From: an uncultured Verrucomicrobiota bacterium
GTDB taxonomy: Bacteria; Verrucomicrobiota; Kiritimatiellia; RFP12; UBA1067
Direction: 5' to 3'
Length of the DNA: 64,000 nt
Assembly: GCA_946055075.1 (NCBI GenBank)
Contig: CAMGEN010000005.1
Span: forward strand, 2,098 to 66,097
Position numbers and translations under genes: made by a program
The notes under the pieces: model-generated
What the model was told of the DNA's origin: nothing
Database searches by the model: none
The model's input: the letters and a program-made list of their open reading frames with translations, nothing else
Part shown: positions 46,401 to 54,618 of the stretch, piece by piece
Layout of the letters: each line of letters begins with the position of its first letter
How positions within the stretch are numbered: position 1 is the first letter of the stretch

Positions 46401-48544
46401 CGGATGCGGTAATCAACGTAATCGGCGATATTACATCGACATATGGTATTGGCGTCCATCACGGTCTAAACGACGTCAGCAACGCCTTTGCTAATGTCGT
46501 TGGTTCGCTTTCCAATCCCGGAGTTTTCGTCCATGATCTGAACGGGCGCATGAAGAAGCCTTTGGCGGCGATCCTGGACGGGTCTTCGGTGCTGTGGGAT
46601 TATGCTGAAGACACCTTCGGGCAGTGCGACCCGGCTGAGGCGACGGTGACGGTTACTTGTGGAGAAGGCGACCGTTATTATGCGGATATCGCGACCGCGC
46701 TAAATCACCTTACTGGTGATGCGACGATCGTCCTAAATGCCGATCAGCGTCTCCATGATGAAGCCTTGGTTTCCCATATGGTGAATATTGATGGTGACGG
46801 TTACCGTATCATTCGTGACGGGCTCGGCGAAATCAAGGTTGCGGCCGATGGCGATCTTACCTTGGAGAATGTTCAAGTCGCAGGCTATGATTACGAATCT
46901 CCGTGGTATTACTATGTTGTCGGAGCCGGTTATTTGTATGCGGAGTTCCGCGGTTCGAATCACCAGATAATTGAGGTGGACGGCGGAAAGCTTACGCTTG
47001 GTTCTGGTGCGGAAATCTGTTACCTTGGCTATGATCAGGTTACAGACAGGCTTTGGGACGAAGCCGATCCTCAGCTTTACGCATTGTTCATGGAATACGG
47101 CCAACTTATCCCAGCTGGTGCGTACATTTTGGACGATTATTACCGCTCCTCCTGTGCGGTTGTCGTGTGGAACGGAGGAGAACTCGTGATGGAGTCTGGC
47201 GCAGAGATTCACGATTGCTGGAATTATTATTATGAGGATCCCGTAAATCTCGGCGTCACGGCCGGCATATTGGTTGAAGAGGGAACCGCGTATCTCAATG
47301 GTGGTAGCATCTACAGGTGTGTCGCTTCGCTCGCATCGGCGATGAACGCCTGTCAGGGTGTTAACGGATACAGTATTATCCATCTTGGCGGAGATTTCAC
47401 GATGTCGGGTAATATCAATTGCGACGGCGGGAATTCTAATTTCGTGCTTGAGGACCTTTCGAAACTGTATCTTGACAGCACACTGTCTGGTTCCATCGGA
47501 TACACGCCCGGTTACTTCGCGGACCAGGAGAAGGTGTGCGAGGTGATCACTAATCTTACTCCGGAGGAGGTGTCCGATTCTGCGGCTCATTTCATCAATG
47601 ACAAGACTGGCGCCCGCGCGGTCGTTGTGCGCGGCGATTCGGGTTGCCTGATCGTCTGGTCTACGGCGATTTCGGCGGATAATAATTATTATGAGGTTTG
47701 CTCCAATGGCGTCACTAATGTCTGGGCGATGATCGGTTCCGAGATTCCGAAGTCGCTCGCCCGTTACCGTTTTGCCACCAACTTCACGTACAATGCTGCA
47801 ATCCACAGCGCGGTCATTGAAAGCACTGGTTGTGAGCTCGTCAGCGGATTTTGTGCGACTAATGCCGGAACCTACATTTGCAAGCTTAAGCCGGTCGAAG
47901 GCTTCGCCTGGATAGATGACTCTGTTGCTGTCAAATCCTTTGAATGGACGATCAATCCATCTCCGCTTTACATTTACCCCGAGAAGGGCCAGGGAAGGTA
48001 TTTCATTTTGCCGGAGGATCAGATTGCTGAGCATGAGCCCAAGCCGTTCCGCTTTACAGCAGGAACCTTTTACGGTGGTGACAGCATTGCCAATACCTTG
48101 ACTGGCGAGATTTCACATCAATTTTTCGGACAAAATGTTTGGGCGATTTCGCACTACACGATCGGTACGCTCGAATGCACGAACTCGAACTACGTGATTA
48201 CAGAGGAGACATTCAATCCTGAGGGGCAGTATTTCTATATCGACCAGTCGCGGACGAACGATTATTCCGTTGCCAACAGCGTGAATTACGGGCGGCCCAA
48301 TCCTTCGGATCCGATTCCTGTGACATTCAAGCAGTTGCGGTCTTTAATAGGCGGGTCGATGTTCTTCGCTGTTGAAGCTCCGGTAGGTGCTGTGTTCAAC
48401 GTGATGTGGACCGAGTCGCTGGCGGAGGAGTTTAAGTTGCTCAAGACGGTCGTGATCGCCGAGGATTCGGTCTTTGAGGTTGCGCCCGACGAATCCATGA
48501 CGGAACATCCCGCTGGCTTTTTCAAGATCGTACCCGTAAAGTAA
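43424..48544 (+). CDS. large secreted peptidase C10 (streptopain-like) with I69-type propeptide, CarboxypepD_reg-like domain and long beta-helix/adhesin-like C-terminal region
   Basis: Signal peptide MKKSIVISMALFAFAFEANA. Catalytic-Cys context VVCGCVATALAQILRYF (~44169-44207) and His context GHEVVADGYG (~44674-44703). MSGRVVDDDDNPIAGASVKI beta-sandwich and GGGAIYY-type repeats. The start could be ATG-43436. Confidence 0.82.
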   Translation: MGITMKKSIVISMALFAFAFEANASVVSLSRAKNVARSWLVREGKASNVQAISIQRADVIRVPELGDDAKYFAVKIKDGGTVVTSSDDEASPVVLFSDSAEEIDFSDVNSPAYSLLRKDYQIRKRADVMASEAKEKPQVSNDYRFYLDRRRMLDRNREEWARLSGDSYQLDDCALNPGLAWYGRDDWFIKIFTANSLYDIRINPLVQSRWNQSTVSVNGQTMACYNYYTPNKKNPLDQYGFAGNPDNVVCGCVATALAQILRYFAYDGTVECVNGYTNQTFDCMYEDSNIKRKLQGGTYDWEKMTLVPAMSTATDPFTSTNAMQIGKLCADCGTAVEMMYGESGSGAYSSKAFIALTQYFGYSSARWYSNGHEIGSAGRDAQTPVEPEEFPETRAAALQRVFYSNFDAGLPILLGLTGHEVVADGYGYSKDGLDYVHINMGWGGQCDLWYLLPNVSCDSNGRPEGNLMFFEDCAYNIFTTNAATDVVMSGRVVDDDDNPIAGASVKICRPGDHDNPVAEFVTGDNGIWGLVIAPGNYEVVASSEFVTESETFSVLDNRWGCDIRLAPMAVRNLMQLAPTNEYTSLEKAILAANTNDVLEVFARTRLKKSVTIDRNLTIKIDSGHADDPTNCLIRVSNSSVITVAPGVRAVFGGLAFVSDAETVINVETNGVAAFSGMLGVGTIRTADAEGFELAGAIDYIDGFELFVKCAVASKKGQKFGVWTCPDGDKASAGHILNPENLDLGGVAVDGGSLVWGVVPVDPRLAVAYVDNGSGSLVYYRTLESLFEDNPSGDLDIKLTKDVSGFNLQPSVDVSGREISISSDGGPFTISGIVAKSGGFRVGTGGELTLEGVTLDGFKGPWFVQLPENGGTFTLGENAQLRNFIVVDASDSGDCPKGIIGMLGGKMVMCENSLISDSAFMGGVGSVISLFGGELDVDGGSIIGCVAEQGGGAIYYYPYIDGTVLNLSGNVDIFGNQINDTNARGPGNIYIGTADAVINVIGDITSTYGIGVHHGLNDVSNAFANVVGSLSNPGVFVHDLNGRMKKPLAAILDGSSVLWDYAEDTFGQCDPAEATVTVTCGEGDRYYADIATALNHLTGDATIVLNADQRLHDEALVSHMVNIDGDGYRIIRDGLGEIKVAADGDLTLENVQVAGYDYESPWYYYVVGAGYLYAEFRGSNHQIIEVDGGKLTLGSGAEICYLGYDQVTDRLWDEADPQLYALFMEYGQLIPAGAYILDDYYRSSCAVVVWNGGELVMESGAEIHDCWNYYYEDPVNLGVTAGILVEEGTAYLNGGSIYRCVASLASAMNACQGVNGYSIIHLGGDFTMSGNINCDGGNSNFVLEDLSKLYLDSTLSGSIGYTPGYFADQEKVCEVITNLTPEEVSDSAAHFINDKTGARAVVVRGDSGCLIVWSTAISADNNYYEVCSNGVTNVWAMIGSEIPKSLARYRFATNFTYNAAIHSAVIESTGCELVSGFCATNAGTYICKLKPVEGFAWIDDSVAVKSFEWTINPSPLYIYPEKGQGRYFILPEDQIAEHEPKPFRFTAGTFYGGDSIANTLTGEISHQFFGQNVWAISHYTIGTLECTNSNYVITEETFNPEGQYFYIDQSRTNDYSVANSVNYGRPNPSDPIPVTFKQLRSLIGGSMFFAVEAPVGAVFNVMWTESLAEEFKLLKTVVIAEDSVFEVAPDESMTEHPAGFFKIVPVK

Positions 48545-48550
48545 TATATC

Positions 48551-49576
48551 ATGGCTGTAAAAGAAACCAAGAAAACCGGTAATACCGCGTTGGACGCGGT
48601 GATGTCGCAGATCCGTAAGGAATTCGGCGAGATGGCGATCATGCGTCTCGGCGATCAGGAGGTAAAGGAGATCCCCGTGATTTCGACCGGAGCGCTGTCG
48701 CTCGATATGGCGCTCGGCGTCGGCGGGCTCCCTCGAGGCCGCGTCGTCGAATGTTACGGGCACGAGTCTTCGGGTAAAACGACGCTCGCCCTGCATGTCG
48801 TCGCGAATGCCCAGAAGGCCGGCGGCGTGGCCGCGTTCATCGATGCCGAACATGCGCTTGATCCCGTCTACGCGAAGAAGATCGGCGTGGACCTCGACAA
48901 CCTCATCGTCTCCCAGCCGAACTCTGGTGAAGAGGCGCTGACGATCTGCGAGCAGCTCGCGAAGTCCGGAGCCCTCGACGTCATCGTCGTTGACTCGGTC
49001 GCCGCGCTTACTCCGCAGGCGGAGATCGACGGACAGATGGGCGACAGCCATGTCGGCCTCCAGGCGCGTCTCATGTCGCAGGCGATGCGCAAGCTCACCT
49101 CGGTCCTCGCCAACACTAAGACGCTCTGTATCTTCACCAACCAGGTGCGTGAGAAGATCGGCGTGATGTTCGGCAATCCCGAGACCACGCCCGGCGGCAA
49201 GGCGCTCAAGTTCTACGCTTCCGTTCGACTTCAGGTTCAGCGTATCGGCGCGATCAAGAACACCGCGAACGAGGTCGTAGGCAACCGTACCCGCGTCAAG
49301 GTCGTGAAGAACAAGGTTGCGCCGCCTTTCGCCGAGGCCGAGTTCGATATCCTCTACACCTGCGGCATCTCGTATGAAGGTTCGGTTCTTGACGCCGCCC
49401 TGGTGCGTGGCATTATCGAGAAGCGCGGCAGCTGGCTTTCTTTCGGCGATGAGAATCTCGCCCAGGGTTCGCTCGCCACGATCGAATACCTCAAGTCCAA
49501 TCCCAAGGTCGTCGCCAAGATCGTCGAGCTCGTGAAGACCACTCCGGTTAATCCCGCGCTCGCGAAGAAGAAGTGA
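48551..49576 (+). CDS. recA: recombinase A
   Basis: 341 aa. [48 protein letters not shown] and [20 protein letters not shown] are canonical RecA. Confidence 0.98.
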   Translation: MAVKETKKTGNTALDAVMSQIRKEFGEMAIMRLGDQEVKEIPVISTGALSLDMALGVGGLPRGRVVECYGHESSGKTTLALHVVANAQKAGGVAAFIDAEHALDPVYAKKIGVDLDNLIVSQPNSGEEALTICEQLAKSGALDVIVVDSVAALTPQAEIDGQMGDSHVGLQARLMSQAMRKLTSVLANTKTLCIFTNQVREKIGVMFGNPETTPGGKALKFYASVRLQVQRIGAIKNTANEVVGNRTRVKVVKNKVAPPFAEAEFDILYTCGISYEGSVLDAALVRGIIEKRGSWLSFGDENLAQGSLATIEYLKSNPKVVAKIVELVKTTPVNPALAKKK

Positions 49577-50241
49577 AGGCGGTTGTCGTATTAAGCGGTG
49601 GGCAGGACTCGGCACTGTGTCTTGCACTCGCCGTTAAGAAGTTCGGCGCGAAGCACGTCTCGGCGATCACCTTCGCCTATGGTCAGCGGCATTCCATAGA
49701 GCTTAAGTTCGCCAAGAAACTCGCGAAGCGCTTTGGTGTCGCGCAGCACAAGGTCGTCCGGCTCGACTTCTATTCACAGATCACCGACAACGCCTTGATG
49801 ACGCCAGGCACCGCCATCCGCATCAAGCACTCTGCACTCCGAACTTCGCGCTCAGTTCCCAATACCGTCGTTGAGGGCCGCAATGCGATTTTCCTGCAGA
49901 TCGCCTCGGTCTGGGCCAAGTCGTTGGGCGCGACATATGTCTACACCGGCGTCTCGCAGGCCGACTACTCCGGCTATCCCGACTGTCGTGCTGTCTTCAT
50001 TCGCGCACAGCAGAAGTCCATCCGTCTGGCGCTCGAATATCCGATCGTCATCGTCACGCCGTTCATGCGCAAGACGAAGGCGGACGAATGGGCGCTTGCC
50101 GATCGTCTCGGACTTCTCGAATACATTAACGAGAATACAGTGACTTGCTATAACGGCATCCCCGGCAAAGGCTGCGGAAAGTGTCCTTCCTGCAAGCTCC
50201 GTAACTGTGGACTTGCAGATTACCTGAAACGGAAGGGGTAA
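49573..50241 (+). CDS. queC: 7-cyano-7-deazaguanine synthase
   Basis: 222 aa. [15 protein letters not shown]-loop, YGQRH and the C-terminal Zn-binding CYNG...GCGKCPSC cluster. GTGA overlap with the recA stop. Confidence 0.92.
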   Translation: MKAVVVLSGGQDSALCLALAVKKFGAKHVSAITFAYGQRHSIELKFAKKLAKRFGVAQHKVVRLDFYSQITDNALMTPGTAIRIKHSALRTSRSVPNTVVEGRNAIFLQIASVWAKSLGATYVYTGVSQADYSGYPDCRAVFIRAQQKSIRLALEYPIVIVTPFMRKTKADEWALADRLGLLEYINENTVTCYNGIPGKGCGKCPSCKLRNCGLADYLKRKG

Positions 50242-50273
50242 TAACTCTTCACTCTTCACTCTTACTTCTTAAT
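50239..50273 (+). repeat. single right arm of family A (TAATAAC|TCTTCAC|TCTTCAC|TCTTACT|TCTTAAT) between queC and nhaC
   Basis: Near-identical to the right arms of the two uvrA palindromes. It overlaps the queC stop and ends 5 nt before ATG-50279. No complementary left arm lies nearby. Confidence 0.75.
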
Positions 50274-50278
50274 TTACC

Positions 50279-51598
50279 ATGAAACCACGCGCCTCAGCTC
50301 TCGTCCCGTTCGTCATTTTCGCGGTCTTTTACGTCGGACTTTCGCTTTACGCTGGCAATCAGGGTTTTGAAATGCCCTGGTACAAGGTGCCGATGCCGAT
50401 CGCGTTCATCGTGGCTTCCGCCTTCGCCCTGCTCTGGGGCAAGAAGTCGCTGGAGGAGAAGGTGGACGTCTATGCGAAGGGCATGGGCGAGACCAACATC
50501 ATGCTCATGTGCCTGATCTTTATCCTTGCGGGAGCTTTCGCGACGATCGCGAAGGGATCTGGCGCTGTCGACGCTGCTGTGACGATTGCCCAGTCGTTCA
50601 TTCCCGCGAAGCTGATGGTCGCCGGCGTGTTCCTCGTCTCCTGCGTGATCTCGACATCCATCGGAACCTCGTGCGGCACGATTGCCGCGGTCGCGCCGAT
50701 CGCGCTGGGATTCGCCGGACCCCTCGGAATTCCTCCGGCGCTGCTGCTTGGATCTGTTGTCGCTGGCTCGATGTTTGGCGACAATCTCTCGATGATTTCC
50801 GACACCACGATCGCCGCGACACGCACCCAGGGGGTGCGGATGCAGGACAAGTTCGTCGCGAACTTTTGGATCGCGCTTCCAGCCGCGGTCGTCGCGCTCG
50901 TGTTCTACGCTCTTTCAGGTTCGTCCGTCGGCGAAGTTGCCGCGCCGGCGCTCACCTGGCAGCATTGTCTGCTGGTGCTGCCGTATCTCTTCATCCTCGT
51001 GCTGGCGCTCTGCGGCTTCAATGTCATGGGCCTCCTCTTCTCGGGTACGTTACTTTCCGCCGTCATTGGCGCCTGCCTCGGCAAGCTCGACCTCTTCGGA
51101 TGTCTTGATCTCGTCGGCAAGGGTGCGCTCGGCATGAGCGAGACGCTGATTGTGGCGATCCTCGCCGGCGGACTCTTCAAGACGGTCCAGTCCAACGGCG
51201 GCATCGACTGGCTCGTCAACCGGATCTCGTCGCTGATCAGGGGCTCGCGCTCCTGCGAGGCTGGAGTGGCGATCCTCGTTTCGGCGATCAACTGCTTCAC
51301 CGCGAATAACACGGTGGCGATCGTCATCGCGGGACCGATCGCGAAGGAGTGTGCGGACAAGGCCAAGGCCGATCCTGTGCGCATCTCGTCCGTCCTCGAC
51401 ACCTGCTCCTGCGTGATCCAGGGCCTCATCCCCTACGGCGCTCAGATCCTTATCGCGATCGGTGTCGCGAAGGGGCTCGATCTCACCATAGACACCTTTT
51501 CGCTGATCAAATCGCTTTACTACCAGCCGCTTCTCGCGCTGGCGGTGCTGGTTTCGATCGTCATTCCCCGCAAAGCCAAGCAAGGTTGCCCCCAATGA
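50279..51598 (+). CDS. nhaC: NhaC-family Na+/H+ antiporter
   Basis: 439 aa, polytopic membrane protein. NhaC-like blocks (GAFATIAKGSGAVDA, GSMFGDNLSMISDTTIAAT, GLIPYGAQIL). Confidence 0.8.
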   Translation: MKPRASALVPFVIFAVFYVGLSLYAGNQGFEMPWYKVPMPIAFIVASAFALLWGKKSLEEKVDVYAKGMGETNIMLMCLIFILAGAFATIAKGSGAVDAAVTIAQSFIPAKLMVAGVFLVSCVISTSIGTSCGTIAAVAPIALGFAGPLGIPPALLLGSVVAGSMFGDNLSMISDTTIAATRTQGVRMQDKFVANFWIALPAAVVALVFYALSGSSVGEVAAPALTWQHCLLVLPYLFILVLALCGFNVMGLLFSGTLLSAVIGACLGKLDLFGCLDLVGKGALGMSETLIVAILAGGLFKTVQSNGGIDWLVNRISSLIRGSRSCEAGVAILVSAINCFTANNTVAIVIAGPIAKECADKAKADPVRISSVLDTCSCVIQGLIPYGAQILIAIGVAKGLDLTIDTFSLIKSLYYQPLLALAVLVSIVIPRKAKQGCPQ

Positions 51599-54096
51599 CA
51601 AAGTGCCTCTCGTTTGCGGTTGCCCTCGCCGCGCCTTTTCTGTATGCCGAAATGGAACCGGCCACTCCGGAATCGCAGGGCGTCGAATCGCAGGGGATAA
51701 TCGACTTCATTGATGCTTGCGAGCAGACCTTCGACGGGGTCAAGGAAGGGCGTGTACATGGCTTCGTGATCGTCCGTCACGGCAAGGTGATTGCAGAGGG
51801 TAGCTGGAAACCTTTCGATACCTTGAACGAGACGCATATGCTCTATTCTCATTCGAAGAGCTTCACTTCGACCGCTATTGGGTTTCTCGTCGACGACGGT
51901 AAGCTCGATCTTGACGAGCGGGTTGCGGACATCTTCCCCGAGGACCTCCCCGAGCATCCGGCTGATGGGATCTGCGAGATTCGCGTGCGCGATCTCCTCA
52001 CGATGAACGTCGGCTCCGATCTCAATCACGATATCACGAAATCGTCGAATTGGCGCCGACGTTTCTTCGAGCGGAAGCTCGACCGCAAGCCCGGCACCGG
52101 TTTTAAATACGACTCGGACGCAACCTATATGCTTGCTTGTATCGTCGAGCGGCGTACCGGCAGGAAGCTCATGGATTTCCTCGAAGAGCGTCTATTCTCG
52201 AAGATCGGCATCAAGAAGGCGTGGACCACAACTTCACCCCAGGGCATCGCCTGCGGCGGCTGGGGGATGAACATGACGACGCGCGAGCTTGCGCGGTTCG
52301 GACAGCTCTATCTGCAGAAGGGCTACTGGAATGGCGAGAACATCATCTCTCCGTACTGGGTGGCGCTTGCGACCGCGCGTCATACCTGGTCCGGCTGGCA
52401 GAACGTCGGAGCCCAGCGACTCGGCGCGGGTACGGAATGGGAACAGGGATACGGCTTCCAGTTCTGGCGTTGCACTCATAACGCGTATCGTGCGGACGGC
52501 GCCAGGGGACAGTATACGGTCATCGTGCCCGATCAGGACCTGGTCGTCTCAATGCACGCCGGTCTCTGCGATATACAGAAGGAGATCAATCTCATCTGGA
52601 ATCATCTTCTCCCCGCGATGAAGGACGGCGTTCTCCCCGAGAACGAGCAGAAGCTCGCCGAGCTCCGCGGCAGAATCGCCGCGCTCGCGATTCCGCCGGT
52701 TACGGGGAATGGGGAAAAGGCAATAGGGAATGAGGGGGAGTTGTATGGCGATTATGCGATCGAGGACAACTGGCGCGGCATCAGGGCGGTGCGGATCATG
52801 AAGGACGCAGACGGATGGAAGATGAAGTTCTACGCCCGTTGTTGGCCGAGTGAGTTTCCGATCGGCTTCAACGGGTGGAAGAAGGGCGCGCTCAATTTCG
52901 ATCCGGATAGTTTCGAGGCGATCGGTACTCTGCAATGGACCCAGGAGACCGCCGCTTCCGCCGCCTTCGACAAGGATGGTGCACTGAAGTGCCGTGTTTA
53001 TATGACGGGTACGACGCATTATCTCGATTTCAAGTTCTTCATGAAGGACGGAGTGCCGACAGTTGAAGGCAAGCTTTGGGGTATGGGCGGTACGGACTTC
53101 AAGGGGTCGAAGATGAAGGAGCCGGTCGTCCCGGCGGATCTGTCGAAGACCGATGATCCCGTTGCGGTGAAATCCTTTTTCGAACGGAACGAATTCGGTT
53201 CGCGTCCGGTCGAGAAGCCGTCCGATCTAACCTTTAAACTCCTCGCGCAGAACGAATGTCTCGGAGGAAAGGCGATCCACCAGATGGTCGAGATTTCATC
53301 GAAGGGAACACTCGCTCCGTTTGCGTTCGTCGCTCACGCGTACTTTCCGAAGGGAGCGAAGAATGTTCCGGTGATGGTTTCGATCAATCTCGGGCAATGG
53401 CTTGAGAGTCAGAAGTTCAACGCGTCCGCTGAAGATCCGTCCATTTCTTCTTGGCCGATCAAGGACGTGATAGCGCGAGGTATCGCGACGATCGGCTTTC
53501 GAAACTCAGATATTGCGAATGACGGCGGAAATTGTTTTGAGACTGGAGTCTTCAAGGCGTTCGGTCCCGTGACGCGGGCTGATGATTCCTGGGGCGCGCT
53601 TTCGGCGTGGGCGTGGGGTGCGAGCCGTTGCGTCGATTGGTTGGAGACGCTCGGCGGCGCTGTCGACATGAAGCGGATCGGCGTGATCGGACACTCCCGC
53701 GGCGGAAAGACCGCGCTTTGGGCCGGTGTAACTGATTCGCGTTTCTCGCTCGTTTGCGTCAACAACTCTGGATGCGGAGGCGCGAAGCTTAACCGGATGG
53801 TGTTGCCGTGGTCCGAAACGATCGACGCGATCTCCACCGTTTTCCCGTATTGGTTCGCGCCGAATTTCCGGAAGTTCGCCAAGGATAACGGAGCTTCCAT
53901 GCCGTACGACCAGCACAATCTTCTGTCGCTCGTCGCGCCGCGCAAATTGGTAATCGGCTCAGCGACGAAAGACGACTGGGCCGGACCGAAGGGCGAGGAA
54001 GCGGCGGCGAAGCTCGTCGGCGCCAAACACTTCTGGCGAGAAGGCGGACACGACCTCACGCCCTCAGACTGGTCCCGTTATCTGGAAAATCTTTAA
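51595..54096 (+). CDS. secreted fusion protein: beta-lactamase-class serine hydrolase (SxxK) + C-terminal alpha/beta esterase resembling CE15 glucuronoyl esterase
   Basis: ATG-51595 (ATGA overlap with the nhaC stop) gives the signal peptide MTKCLSFAVALAAPFLYA. YSHSKSFTSTAIG SxxK motif; C-terminal GHSRGGKTALWAG nucleophile-elbow motif. The ORF-track start at 51349 lies inside nhaC. Confidence 0.75.
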   Translation: MTKCLSFAVALAAPFLYAEMEPATPESQGVESQGIIDFIDACEQTFDGVKEGRVHGFVIVRHGKVIAEGSWKPFDTLNETHMLYSHSKSFTSTAIGFLVDDGKLDLDERVADIFPEDLPEHPADGICEIRVRDLLTMNVGSDLNHDITKSSNWRRRFFERKLDRKPGTGFKYDSDATYMLACIVERRTGRKLMDFLEERLFSKIGIKKAWTTTSPQGIACGGWGMNMTTRELARFGQLYLQKGYWNGENIISPYWVALATARHTWSGWQNVGAQRLGAGTEWEQGYGFQFWRCTHNAYRADGARGQYTVIVPDQDLVVSMHAGLCDIQKEINLIWNHLLPAMKDGVLPENEQKLAELRGRIAALAIPPVTGNGEKAIGNEGELYGDYAIEDNWRGIRAVRIMKDADGWKMKFYARCWPSEFPIGFNGWKKGALNFDPDSFEAIGTLQWTQETAASAAFDKDGALKCRVYMTGTTHYLDFKFFMKDGVPTVEGKLWGMGGTDFKGSKMKEPVVPADLSKTDDPVAVKSFFERNEFGSRPVEKPSDLTFKLLAQNECLGGKAIHQMVEISSKGTLAPFAFVAHAYFPKGAKNVPVMVSINLGQWLESQKFNASAEDPSISSWPIKDVIARGIATIGFRNSDIANDGGNCFETGVFKAFGPVTRADDSWGALSAWAWGASRCVDWLETLGGAVDMKRIGVIGHSRGGKTALWAGVTDSRFSLVCVNNSGCGGAKLNRMVLPWSETIDAISTVFPYWFAPNFRKFAKDNGASMPYDQHNLLSLVAPRKLVIGSATKDDWAGPKGEEAAAKLVGAKHFWREGGHDLTPSDWSRYLENL
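52703..52740 (+). repeat. purine-rich heptamer-periodic run (GGGGAAT|GGGGAAA|AGGCAAT|AGGGAAT|GAGGGGG) in frame in the hydrolase fusion gene
   Basis: Encodes TGNGEKAIGNEGEL at the apparent boundary between the beta-lactamase-like domain and the following domain. Confidence 0.6.
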
Positions 54097-54103
54097 TCTT
54101 CCT

Positions 54104-54133
54104 TTCTCCAACTCCAACTAATTTCTCCAACTT
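54104..54133 (+). repeat. single-arm family-B element (CTCCAAC-TCCAAC-N6-CTCCAAC) in the arfB-like leader
   Basis: CTCCAAC 54106-12, TCCAAC 54113-18, TAATTT, CTCCAAC 54125-31. It ends 9 nt before ATG-54141. Same 7+6+N+7 layout as the pta copy and the argC right arm. Confidence 0.75.
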
Positions 54134-54140
54134 TCCACCG

Positions 54141-54545
54141 ATGATCTCTCCCGAAAAAATCGAGCAGATCCGCGCCTTGATGGCGGAGGCGTCCGTTTAT
54201 GAGGACGATCTCGAGGAGAGCTTCATCCTCGGTGGAGGTCCTGGAGGACAGAAAACGAATAAGACGTCGTCCGTCGTGCGGCTTTCGCACGAGCCGAGTG
54301 GGATCGCGGTGAAGGTCGGCGAGTCGCGCAGCCGTGAGGAGAACCGCTGGCTCGCGCGACGGATGCTCGCGGAGACGATTCTTGAGCGCGAGCACAAGCG
54401 CAAGTCCGCAACGCGTCAGGCGAAGGAGAAGATTCGCCGTCAGAAGCGCCGCCGTTCTCGTCGTCAGAAGCAGAAGATGCTGGACGCCAAGCACGCCCAT
54501 TCCGAAATCAAGGCGCTGCGCCGTCCAGTTACGGACATTTCATGA
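54141..54545 (+). CDS. arfB: GGQ-domain peptidyl-tRNA hydrolase, ArfB (YaeJ)-like ribosome rescue factor
   Basis: 134 aa. GGGPGGQKTNKTSS GGQ motif followed by a strongly basic C-terminal tail (KEKIRRQKRRRSRRQKQK), as in ArfB. Confidence 0.7.
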   Translation: MISPEKIEQIRALMAEASVYEDDLEESFILGGGPGGQKTNKTSSVVRLSHEPSGIAVKVGESRSREENRWLARRMLAETILEREHKRKSATRQAKEKIRRQKRRRSRRQKQKMLDAKHAHSEIKALRRPVTDIS

Positions 54546-54547
54546 GC

Positions 54548-54569
54548 ATCTGACGTCGTGTCAGATTTT
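54548..54569 (+). terminator. possible intrinsic terminator after the arfB-like gene
   Basis: ATCTGAC-GTCGT-GTCAGAT, a 7-bp stem, followed by TTT. Confidence 0.4.
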
Positions 54570-54618
54570 CCGTGCGTGACTACAGTAAATAGTGTAATCG
54601 GCTAGAGGAGGTGCAGTC

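Noticed and set aside
51349-51594. N-terminal 82-codon extension of the hydrolase ORF in the six-frame track
   Set aside because: It lies entirely within the nhaC coding region in another frame and encodes an Arg/His-rich peptide. ATG-51595 gives a proper signal peptide and an ATGA overlap with the nhaC stop.
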